Part shown: positions 14,400 through 26,200 of the stretch, piece after piece
Numbering within the stretch: the first letter of the stretch is position 1
Layout: every line of letters starts with the position of its first letter
Assembly (NCBI GenBank): GCA_002633005.1
Contig: NMRA01000218.1
Coordinates: 606,239-670,238, forward strand
DNA length: 64,000 nucleotides
Origin: Phoronis australis
Lineage: Eukaryota; Animalia; Phoronida
Direction: 5' to 3'
Position numbers and translations under genes: made by a program
The notes under the pieces: model-generated
The model's input: only the letters and a program-made list of their open reading frames with translations
What the model was told of the DNA's origin: nothing
Databases searched by the model: none

Positions 14400-14814
14400 T
14401 AGGCAATGACCATCGCCTCTGTTGGCCCGAAGCAGAGGCGATGTAGAGGCTATAGGCGCTCTTTACGCCGGAAGTTTTTCGGCGAATTATGCCTCGCACC
14501 GACTAAACCATCAAAATCACGTTGTTATAAATACCTTTTGCGCATAGAGGAACACCTTAGGAGGTTGTCGATGTGTTTAATTCCTTCCAACTCGAACAAA
14601 TACTCCCGTTATGAAACTTTTTCTTTGAGCAGTCCCTATTTCAGTTCCCAAAATCGTGAAATCAACTTTTTCATTTTTAACCAGGCCGAAGGTCAGAAGT
14701 TGCGGACCTACCGGCGAACTTTGAAAGCTGAAGTTCCCACCCTTCGCGTACGTGCTGCCGGGAACCAGCCGTGCATTTGCCGTGTTGTTAAACATTAAAA
14801 TGTCAAATATGTGC
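14400..14814. mobile_element. Left part of a Mutator-like non-autonomous element (copy of 56379-56794), cut off at an N
   Basis: Starts TAGGCAATGACCATCGCC, is colinear with the element at 56379 and ends at the N at 14815. Confidence 0.85.
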
Positions 14815-15528
14815 NTAATCATCTGCTCTCGTCATCACCTTCGTCGTCTCTCTCACGATCGTATCTGTCATCGTCATGTTATCGTCGTCCATGTTGACTG
14901 ATGAAAAAGGAACAGAGCGTGTTGTAGCAAATCGCCGATAGATGGCGCTAGATATAGTAAGTTCCCTGAAATGGCTGATGATTTCACAATGCGCGTGGCT
15001 AACGCTAAAGTGTACCAAGTTCAGAATGGCGTAGTTATAGACTAGAGTAATTGAGGGTCGTGAAAAGGAAAGGATTTGTACGGATAGCCAGATGTCTGAG
15101 GAATGCAACGATACCAAAATCATTCATTTAGACCAACATTTAGTGGATTTATTTGGAATAAGTTAGGGTCCATTATATCCGACTAGTGCCGTCACTTCCT
15201 TTTCAGTTTTCACTCAACTTTCATTCGTCTGTTTTCTGATTGGCATTGGTACCCATTTATGTATGCTTCATGTTGTTCACTCATCACATTCTAAAGTGTG
15301 CACACACGCCATTTATCACTTTTGCCTCATCAACAAACAAAGGCAAAGCTAACTTTCCTACATCTTTCAGTTGTTGTGTGGCCCAACAAAGACGTGTGTG
15401 ACCTGGGCTCAGTCATAAACTCATACTCAAATGGGTAAAAAACTGATGTCTTCTGGGTAAAAGTGGAGTAAACTGGTCTGTCTGTGCAATATGTTCAGTG
15501 AAACTGGTTATCATAGCCAGGTTCTTGG

Positions 15529-15815
15529 TAGGCAACGCGTAGCCCCTTGGTTGGCCGGTTAGGGGCTACAATACTTCCCATCGCTTTTTGTACGTATTTC
15601 GTCCTGTGTATTTTAAACGGGCGGTAGGCCAAATCCGGCCACCGATTAAGAGTTTTCACCTCGTCAAAAATACATTCAGGGCTCGACATAACGAGCATTT
15701 GCGACCTTAAATTTGGAAATGCAAGTTGAAATTTTTGCCAGCTCGTATCAAGTCCCAAAATACGATCTAGAATTTCCAAGGTATGCGAACTGAGTTTTTA
15801 CACTTCTCGGCAGAT
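15529..15815. mobile_element. Terminal fragment of the TAGGCAAC-ended element family
   Basis: Similar to 53304-53320 plus 53723-53865 in direct orientation and to 52730-53003 in inverted orientation. Confidence 0.7.
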
Positions 15816-15905
15816 ACCAGGCAAATATAAAGCAACTCGTGTGAATCCGACTGTTACTTGGTTGTTGCCAAATCAAGTTCAAAAGAACACTAACTGGCAG
15901 ATGAC

Positions 15906-18900
15906 CGTGACTTGGTAATGTGTGTCTCGTTTTTTATCACAAGACAGCAAACGTGAAAATGACAACCTTAATAAAATCGCCAAATGATGGTCACGTCTTT
16001 ACTTTCAGCAAAGTAGTTTTTGAGTCGCCAAGAAATTCTCAAATCCTTTACTTGTTTCTGGGGCTACGTGTGCGACATACAATTCGTCTGTCACATGCTG
16101 TTGCCAACGTAAAGGGTTGGCTTACTCCAGTGATTCAAGTGCGTGAACTCTCGTGGGCGCACCATTTCAAAGCTGCACATCAAAACAGAACACCGAGAGT
16201 CCTAAATGAAAGAGGCTACCGAATTTATTCTGTTAAGCACTCTGGTGCCGTAGATTTCCGGCGGCTAAGAAAGACCCAATGCTTTACGATATTCCCCGGG
16301 GTCCGATATAGCCTAGAACTGATATTTTCCAGTTCTGTTGTTCTCCGGCATATGGAGAAGTTCTCGCTTACACTGGTGACAACTCTGATTGTCTAAGTCC
16401 CAGGCAACTTTTACCATGCCTATTCAGCACGCCCTTTGTATTGAAGTAGATCTGATCTAATGAATTGCTAGCATTACTGTCTCAACAATGCTTATTGTTA
16501 GTACTCCCAATGTGGTTTTCTCTGACATTTGCAGAGTTATAGCCTGCAACTCTGGAGAGTAGTTTTAGCTTGGTACATTATAAATATTTCAAAGTTATTA
16601 AAAAGGTTAACTTGTGTTTATCTTCACAAAGGGCCACTTCCTGAAGGAACGATAAGTTTCGTATTCGTTTTCTTTATTTAACTTTTAATGCTTCTGCCCA
16701 ATTGTTTTTTTTTTACCAAGAACGGGTCGATAACTTTTCTAAGTTTTGAACTTGAAGTACCAAAACAGTGGTAGAGTTTGATCACCAGCTAAACTCAATT
16801 AGTTAAGTTAATTGTGAGCCCATCCCTAAACTTACCACATTACAGGTACACTAAACATTTCACATGTCATTAAAGTTTAATCTTTATTAGAACTCAAATC
16901 ATAAAACATATACAAAAGTGCAAATGTGGTGATAACCAAACTGAAGATGTTCCCTATGCCCAATGATCTATGCCTGTAGCCAGCTATTGCAACTTAATGA
17001 GTAGATGCGAAATTGTGGTTAGCGAACGTTTTATTCTTCTCTTCATGCACCCCTGCCAATTTTTCGCTTCCCGGACCATGCCGTAAAAATAATTTTCAGA
17101 CTCCTATAGAAAGAATCTTGTTTGGGTTAAAGCCAAATTATTCGGGATAGCTTGAAATTGACATGCAGCCTATATAGTGAGTCAATCTCATTTTACAGAA
17201 CAAACTCAGTTTTCAAAGAAAACGTCTTTTCTCAACATGTAAAAACTAACCCCAGTTTTGTTTTATACCTCCGAAAGAAAGTAAGACTAGTGATGGGTGT
17301 CGTTTTGTGACTGACCTATTTTTCCCCTACATGGAAGGTATTGAGAAGCAAAATTGAATTACCCGATGGAAACCCACACGGATTGGGAAATTATTTCGAG
17401 ACATTTCATTTTATGGAAAACTTAATTGTTGAGTACTTAAACAGCTTAAGTACAGCATTTTTGTTATGAAATTTGTACCCGCGCATCCGCATACGTCATT
17501 CGGCTAAGGCAATATTTCAAGAATTTTTTTCGATAGGATGTTTTTCAAGTAAGTTGCAAAGTTTGGGTTGCGAATGAAAAATGGAGGGAGTTTGCATTCA
17601 GAGTTAGTTTGGATCTTTAACGACGTTGATGACAGACCTAGCAAAATCGTGGATACNCGTGACTTGGTAATGTGCGTCTCGTTTTTTATCGCAAGACAGC
17701 AAACGTGAAAATGACAACCTTAATAAAATCGCCAAATGACGGTCACGTCTTTACTTTCAGCAGAGTAGTTTTTGAGTCGCCAAGAAATTCTCAAACCCTT
17801 TACTTGTTTCTGGGGCTATGTGCGCGACATACAATTCGTCTGTCACATGCTGTTGCCAACGTAAAGGGTTGGCTTACTCCAGTGATTCAAGTGCGTGAAC
17901 TCTCGTGGGTGCACCATTCCAAAGCTGCACATCAAAAAAGAACACCGACAGTCCTAAATGAAAGAGGCTACCGAATTTACTCTGTTAAGCACTCTGGTGC
18001 CAGTGGTTTATTTGACACTGAACTTCGTAGATTTCCGGCGGCTAAGAAAGACCTAATGCTTTACGATATTCCCCGGGGTCCGATGTAGCCTAGAACTGAT
18101 ATTTTCCAGTTCTGTTGTTCCCCGGCATGTGGAGAAGTTCTCGCTTACACTGGTGACAGCTCTGATTGCCTAAGTCCCAGGCAACTTTTACCATGCCTAT
18201 TCAGCACGCCCTTTGTATTGAAGTAGATCTGATCTAATGAATTGCTAGCATTACTGTCTCAACAATGCTTATTGTTAGTACTCCCAATGTGGTTTTCTCT
18301 GACATTTGTTATAGCCTGCAACTCTGGAGAGTAGTTTTAACTTGGTACATTATAAATATTTCAAAATGACTAAAAAGGTTAACTTGTGTTTATCTTCACA
18401 AAGGGCCACTTCCTGAAGGAACGATAAGTTTCATATTCGTTTTCTTTATTTAACTTTTAATGCTTCTGCCCAATTGTTTTTTTTTTCTTACCAGGAACGG
18501 GTCGATAACTTTTCTAAGTTTTGAACTTGAAGTATCAAAACAGTGGTAGAGTTTGATTGCCAGCTAAACTCAATTAGTTAAGTTCATTGTGAGCCCATCC
18601 CTAAACTTACCACATTACAGGTACACTAAACATTTCACATGTCATTAAAGTTTAACATGTAAAAACTAACCCCAGTTTTGTTTTATACCTCCGAAAGAAA
18701 GTAAGACTAGTGATGGGTGTCGTTTTGTGACTGACCTATTTTTCCCCTACATGGAAGGTATTGAGAAGCAAAATTGAATTACCCGATGGAAACCCACACG
18801 GATTGGGAAATTATTTCGAGACATTTCATTTTATGGAAAACTTAATTGTTGAGTACTTAAACAGCTTAAGTACAGCATTTTTGTTATGAAATTTGTACCC

Positions 18901-19076
18901 GCGCATCCGCATACGTCATTCGGCTAAGGCAATATTTCAAGAATTTTTTTCGATAGGAAGTTTTTCAAGTAAGTTGCAAAGTTTGGGTTGCGAATGAAAA
19001 ATGGAGGGAGTTTGCATTCAGAGTTAGTTTGGATCTTTAACGACGTTGATGACAGACCTAGCAAAATCGTGGATAC
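15906..19076. other. Apparent tandem duplication 15906-17656 / 17658-19076 joined by one N (probably uncollapsed haplotypes)
   Basis: Near-identical copies with the junction at N 17657. Copy 1 has ~355 extra bp (16881-17235). Copy 2 has ~25 extra bp near 18001. Confidence 0.9.
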
Positions 19077-19479
19077 ATTTCAACGAACATGTTCTCCCTT
19101 TTCACATTGCAAATCTAAGCTACTCCAGTGCATGTGTTGGTTAGAGAGCACTGATTCAACTTTCACGTCAGCAAGAGCCATTGAATGTCGGTTGTGAAGA
19201 ACTGTAACACCGTAGGCCAACCTGCATGTAAGAACTCGGCTTTGGGATCTGAAAGTTGTATTTAACACCTCAGGTAAGAGGTTAATCTAGATGGTGCGTA
19301 AAAATGGCAAGAAAGTTTTGGCGCGTAAAAACGGCAAACTTTTGGCGCGTAAAAATGGTGGGAAACTTATGAATGCGAGCTGAATTTTGAAAATGCGACC
19401 TGGGATTTTGGCCTGGTCGCATAATGCGACATGGCGATTTTTGTAGTGTCGAGGCCTGACATTATACACTCAAAACAAT

Positions 19480-19745
19480 CACTTAAAAATGAGCTTACTT
19501 TTTTCAGTGATCCTTTCTGCTTCTACACATATCTTCAATGAAGCATATCTACTAGAATTAAGGTGACTTTGGAGAAGAATTCCAACTCCTCCATTAACTT
19601 TTTCACCGCGCATGCGATATCCACAAAACATTTCAACTGAGTCACGCGAGTTAGTCAAGGCTAGCGCGAGACTGAGCGAAGCGCGTGACTTGTTGCGTGA
19701 CACTTGCAAAAGAGCATGGGAAGATATCGGGTGTAATTTGTGAGT
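19480..19745. mobile_element. Interspersed repeat fragment homologous to 53885-53947 plus 55448-55617
   Basis: Shared AAAA.GAGCTTACTTT..TCA.TG.TCCTTT and AGGTGACTTTGG.GAAGAA.TCCAACTCC...GCTAGCGC.AGACT.AGCGAAGC blocks. Confidence 0.65.
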
Positions 19746-19995
19746 TATGTGTCACCGTGCTGATCAAGTTGTTCTAGGTGATGATACATTGCATATCTTA
19801 ACACAGTATAATTGAGAACTTCCTTCTCTTGCATTATGATTCTTACAAAAAGAAAATGACAAGTAACTACTTTTTCAGAAACTTTATTGGTGCTATTTGC
19901 CTAGTTTTCAATACATTCACCAGTTGGTCAAAATAGTTAAAGCAATGCTAGGCCCAGTGTTCCACTTGTAAACAGTAAAAAATGGTACTGGTTGG

Positions 19996-21460
19996 GGGGT
20001 ACGTACACTACGCATAGTCAATCAACGTCAAATTTTGACTAAATTACAAATGTATGGGATGGTCTCGAGTTTTGTGCTGCCTCTACTTGTTGGTTTGTTG
20101 CAAGTTGAAGTTATCTTGAGAGATAGAGAACCTGCCTCTGCAACATCAGTTGTCACATGACGTGTCTTCCAGGATATTCAGTACTAGCCAAGTCCTGTGT
20201 GGCATTTAATGTCTACAAATTTGATAATGTCCATTGTTTTTTTGTCAGACTGTATTCATTTTGGAAATATCAGTATTGTTCATGAGAACAGCAGCTGTAT
20301 GTAAAAATTCTTGTGAGCAATATTTTATACCACAGAGGTTGAAAGTACTTACACTACGCAGGGGTACGTACACTACATTTCAATGTCTTTTCAAGTTTAT
20401 AAAAAATAATTGAAATCTACTGAGAGTTAGTTCGTTGACCAATATTCAAAGAGAACAAATAAAAAGTACAGCATGCAGTCATGTGCATATCTGTCTGTCA
20501 TATTCTTTGAAAACGGAAAACAGGCACATGTTAAAATATAAGGTTGCGTACACTACACAAATGCTAATATTTCACTCAAAACATGTATTTGTAATTAACA
20601 CCCTTTTAACCTAGCATTTTTAATGGAGGAAGCTGTCTGTGACAAGTGTTACTTACCGTGTAATATTTTTGTTTCATGGTATTTATTCACGTGGGGGTAC
20701 GTACACTACACGGGTACGTACACTACATTTCAATAACATGTCAGGTTTGTAACTAAATACCCAGAATCTACTGAGTGTTGATTTACTATATCAATTCAAA
20801 GAGAAAAAATAAAAAGCACAACATTCATGTGCATATCTGCCATACTTTGAAAATAGGCACAAATTAAAATATGGGGGTACATACACTACACAAACGTCTG
20901 TCCGTTTTCCTAAAGGAGACTGGCAGACTTGAAAACTTTCTTCACGAGGAGCCATAATTGGGGTCTCGTGCCTTTGCTTAGGTGTTTTGTGCAATGGGCC
21001 CAACCATGAGGCCTGTGCACGTCTGATGCACCGCAAATGACATCAGACCACCTGCACTGTTTTTTTTGTTTTTTTTACACTACACAAATGCTAATATTTC
21101 ATTCAAAACAAATGTACTGGCAATAAACATTCTTTTAATCTAACATTTTTAAGGAAGAAAACTGTCTATGACCAATGTTTCTCACTTACCACGTGATATT
21201 TTAATTTCATGGCATTTGTAAACATGGGGATACGTACACTACAAAAGGGGGTACGTTCACTACAAAAGGGGGTAGGTACACTACAAACGGGGGTACATAC
21301 ACTACATCAGTGTTTCTGCATCACATGGTAACATAATGTTGTATGGCCATTTATTTTTCTTTGGTGATAATAAGTACCATGTTGTTATTAAAAAGGCAAT
21401 AATTTCATTTGCAATGACCATTTGTATTACTGAATTCCATGTGGGGGTACGTACACTACA
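19996..21460 (+). repeat. Complex repeat with ~13 same-orientation copies of GGGGTACGTACACTAC and a duplicated ~350-bp higher-order block
   Basis: Motif seen near 19996, 20346, 20361, 20546, 20693, 20712, 20873, 21077, 21227, 21247, 21268, 21289 and 21443. Confidence 0.8.
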
Positions 21461-23235
21461 TTTTGTTAGCCTTTTGGCCCATTTTCAACATTGCAGAACC
21501 CATTCAATATCCAAACTTTTGGTTTGTTTAGGTACTGAATAATTTGCTGTGTTGCCTATGCTGACATATTTTGACGTTTTTTTCGTTACAGAGTGTGAAC
21601 TTTAGTTTTTAACCTTCTTTACAGTAGGTGAGGGTTAGAAACACAAAATTTATGAATTTTGTAACGAGTGCCTGTTTTATGATGAACCCTACCATTTCTC
21701 AATGATTAAGCACAACTTCATTTAATTGACTCTGAAAGTGACTCAAGTTATTGCTTGATAAAATAAATTTCTGTAACCCTTGACAGTTGAAAATTGTTAT
21801 TTTTAAAATGGCCACTCATAACGCTAAAAATGCATGAAATTCAGAGAAAAACATGCATAAATTTCTGAAACATTGTCCGATTTTGATGATTCTTTTTTAA
21901 TTTGCACAACTAAATAACTCTTTGCATAATGAGATTCAGTTGGCATCTGGTAAGTGACCAATTTTAGACTGTAACACAGTCAAGTCTCGAATATGGTCCT
22001 TCATTGTGATTTAGCCGTAATATGTATTTTCAATTGTATTCCAAGTCTTGTGAACAAAAATTTTATAAATTGGGAAAAGCTTGTGAGATATCCCTTGAAG
22101 ATGAAGCGGCATAGATGTTTTTACCAAATGTGGTTGTTGTGTAAAAGACATGAAATTTGGTGCTCATGAGATTACCAAATTCAGCTTTGAATGTTCGGCT
22201 TCAAATGTTCTTTTTCATAATTCCAAATAATGTATGGTGGATTTTCTTTAATTGGGTACGCGTTTCCTGATCCGCCAAAATGTAAACAAGTGAAACAAAA
22301 TGTTCAAAAGGTATTCAGTTTCAAATCTTTTGTCAGATGCAGACAGTTTTCCATCATGAAGCTTTACCTTCACCAACAGGTTATTTTATGTCTTAATAAG
22401 ACACGTTTTAGTGACTCTGTATATGAAGGGACTCATGGCCATAATTCTATACAAATGCTTTCCAAAATTTGAGAGATACAGCAAGTGTTCATACACTGGA
22501 GGTGATTATCTAAGGTAGTACTAGTATTTATAAGGCAAAAGTCATCAGACAAATTACGGTTTGCCTATCATTAGGGCTAATTCTGTTAACTGCAAAAATC
22601 ACCAGTAACTATTATTATGGCAGCGATGCTGTAATTACATAATGGCTTAGTCACCTTGTTAAGTTTCCCATAATTCCCCTTCATTCTCGGTGGTGACGGA
22701 AGGCTGCTCTGACGAATTCTGCTTCCACCCAGACGTCATGACGGCGTTGTGGGCCATTTTGTTTGAATGCTTTTGACATGTACTGTATTAAGTGATGCCA
22801 CGGGGTTGCCTTCTTTTTTGAGTGCAGTCTTGGAAGCTGAAACTGTTTTTAACAGTGTAATGCCTCACCTCAACACAATGTCTGGGGAGTGCAAGAATTT
22901 TAGGAATAAGCGTGTATCCTCTTCGGGGGTTCCTTAAACTCACCAGCCATGGAGCGTAGTGACATCTGTAGCTAACATAATCTGTTTTGTTTTACTTATA
23001 TAGTTTCTATACTCCATAGTCGGTACTTATTCTACGTATTGCCAAAGTGAAGCAGTGAAAGACATCTTCAAATCACAGTTGTTTGTTAAGTGAGCAGGGT
23101 AATTGAAGTTTGTGGCTCAAGTTCCGGAGTTCGACCAAATAACTACACCACTAGGAAGAAATGGTTTCTTGAGTAGTCTTTAACTTTGGTTTCAGAAGGC
23201 TGTGCTATGCACAGTGAAACCTGAGCTGCTCCAAC

Positions 23236-26200
23236 ATGGCTAGCGCTGGGGTGAACCATCCAACGTTCAACTGGAATCTGTATTTACAACTCAAGCAGCA
23301 GTTCCCTGAAGTTTCGGATGGTTTCGTAAAAGATTGTCTGATAAAGGTATGGTATGGTATAGATTAGACATGTAAATTAGAATCTATGGTGTTTTCTCCT
23401 TGGGTGAATGGTATGGCATGGTATGGTATAGATTAGACATGTAAATTCTAGAATCTGTGGTGTTTTCCCCTCGTGTGAATGGTATGGTATGGATTAGATG
23501 TGTAAATTAGAACGCATGGTGTTTTCCCCTTGTGTGAATGGTGTGGTATGGTTTAGATTAGACATGTAAACTAGAATCCGTGTTGTTTTCCCCTCGTGTG
23601 AATGGTATGGTATGGTATGGATTAGACATGTAAATTAGAATCCATGGTGTTTTCCCCTCGTGTGAATGGTGTGGTATGGTATAGGTTAGACGTGTAAATT
23701 GGAATCCTTGGTGTTTTCCCCTGGTGTGTATGGTATGGTGGTATAGATTAGACATGTAAATTGGAAACCATGGTGTTTTCCCTTCGTGTGAATGGTATGG
23801 TATGGTGTAGATTAGACGTGTAAATTAGAATCCATGGTGTTTTCCCCTGGTGTGAGTGGGGTTCAGTCACTGAACTGACCAAAAACTAAGTGCACCACTG
23901 AATTGGATATTTGATATTAACAAGAGAAGTCTTTCTTCAGCTGTGGAAGAGGCATGTTTGTAAAAATTGTATGTACTTAGAGAAATTTGAAAATTTAGTA
24001 CGTTTCCTGACCCACAAATCGCTGATCAGTCAGTGCAGTGCAAAGAGAAATGAATGACATTTTAAGGACGACATTGCTTTTTGAAAACATGAGATTGTGC
24101 TGTGTTGAAATATTGTAATTACATGCAATTACTGTATTTTCCCTAGAAATTGCCAAGTTGTCGGCAGGACTTAGTACTCCTGTATTTCCTTTGAGGTGCG
24201 CCTGTTCACTTTCGCCAACACACTGGCGAGTTTGGAGTGTAGGATATACCATACAGCATGTTGAAAGCAGTTTTTGTAACTCCCTTGGTTGGGAGTCATA
24301 CTGATGATGTAGTAAGAGGCAATTTTAGTTCGTTACAACGTGCATGCAACTTTCACGGACCAATTGATCATTTCATTTGGTAGCTCACTGACCTTGGATT
24401 ACTACGTTTCAAAGTTATCAAACAACTTGTCCATTTTCGAACAACAGATGTGAGTGAGTGACTTGAGAGTGTCTGTCAATGGATAATCGCAGAGGGCACT
24501 GTGTATTCCTCCATTGTAGGTACACAGAATTGGAGGGGTGGGACATCAAACTTCTTGTGGCTTTTCAGGATCCACACCTGAAGCACTCGCAGCTTTATAT
24601 TCATATTGTCTTTCAGTATACGAATGATGAACAGACATGTATAAGCCGGATGAGAGAAGAGAGTGAACGCAGGTTATATGAGCAACCCACTGCTCAGCTA
24701 GAGCAGGCTATGGACTCCGTTCAGATTAGTGATGCTAGGAGACGCAACTCATTTTCACACGTGATGAGGACTCCCTTGAGTTCATCATCCGTTCCACATG
24801 GTGGTCGTGTCCCTGATGGACTGGGGTCACAGAACCAGTTTCCTCACAGCAATAGCACCCCCAGCCTGAACGTAGACTATCGTCAGCCTAGTGCCAACAC
24901 CAACCGGCGGTACACCGGGGCCCAGACTGCACCAGTCATACAACAAGGTGTACCGACCTTCTATAACCCGCCCTTCGTTGGTGGACAGACGGGTGCAACG
25001 CCACCTTATGGCGTGCCGCAGATGCAGAACTGGATTGGAAACCAGGGTTACCCAGGCGGTGTTGTGACATCACCTGGAAGGCCACACAGTGCTGATAGTT
25101 CAAACAATGATGTGACTATGCCATTGTATATTAACATTGGATATATACCTAGTGATCCCTATGATCAGACATACTTAGTAGCCCCTGGTGGAGGGTCGGG
25201 GCGGTCATCACCGGCCGTGCCAGCTCTGCAGCACCAGTTGTCTAGTGCTTCACAACACAGTGCTTCTTCAGCCACTCATAGACAGTTGTCGCGATCTAGC
25301 ACTGGCTCAAGACACAGTGGTCACTCGGACGACCACCAGGTGCCCTCGCCCTTGCCAGTACCCCAGTATGTCGGCCCGCCACTGAGACCCAGTGTGCTGG
25401 ATCTGCATATGGTTCCGTTCTACCTTAACGAGGACCTGGACAACACAACACCGGGGGAAGACCCTGCCTATGTGCGAGGTAAAGCAGTTGAAGCTGTGAA
25501 ATATATTACTGTGGCCGGTCAAGTGATACAATCCCTACGTTTTCAGTACATTTGTAAACTTTGTTTACTCACAAAAGTTTTTTTTTTCCTACCACTTTGT
25601 CTCTAATGTGAATTAATATTCTACTTATGACATTTTCTCTTAGTCTATCTGAAAACAGTCCTTATTTTGATAAAAGTAAATGGGGACTAAGAGGTTAAGT
25701 CGAAAGCATTGCGTGAAGTCCCTATTTCTTTTCAATAATACCATATTGAGGATTCAACATATAGTTACCTCTCACTGTGCATCAAAGCTAAAACTTGACA
25801 TTGCAGTGAGGAAATTCAGTGTTTGTACGAAGTCCACAAATGTGCTGAAAATTTAGGAAGTGTAGTTGAGTTCCTTCTGAGGCTGTTTCATGCAACTGGT
25901 AAATGCAGTTTAGGCCTGAACCTAAGTCTAGTAAAATTAAGCAGAACTTCAATCTAAAATTGACCAATGGCACAATTTAGTCTCCAGTAGGTTATGGCTG
26001 TTTTTGTTTATTTAGGGTGTTCAGGGATTTGAAAATAGTTTTTTTATTGACTATGCTGACTCGTTGTCAACCTCTGTTGTCGTTATGTTATTCAATCTAA
26101 AATTGTGATTTAACAAACTCGTTTGTATCAGTAACGACAAATCCATTCTCATGTCATTTTTAAAGCGCATTAATTGTTTTTTGACTTCGGTAAGTTTGTC

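Noticed and set aside
15920-18088. 158-aa and 138-aa ORF pair as paralogous genes
   Set aside because: They fall in the two haplotype copies, have non-ATG starts, differ by a frameshifting indel and show no recognisable domain.
19996-21460. CRISPR-like repeat/spacer array
   Set aside because: Spacing is irregular (a few to several hundred bp), spacers are themselves duplicated, there are no cas genes and the context is eukaryotic.
24479-25606. 375-aa ORF as a standalone gene
   Set aside because: It is TAB2 coding exon 2 (24617-25478) plus intronic read-through on both sides.
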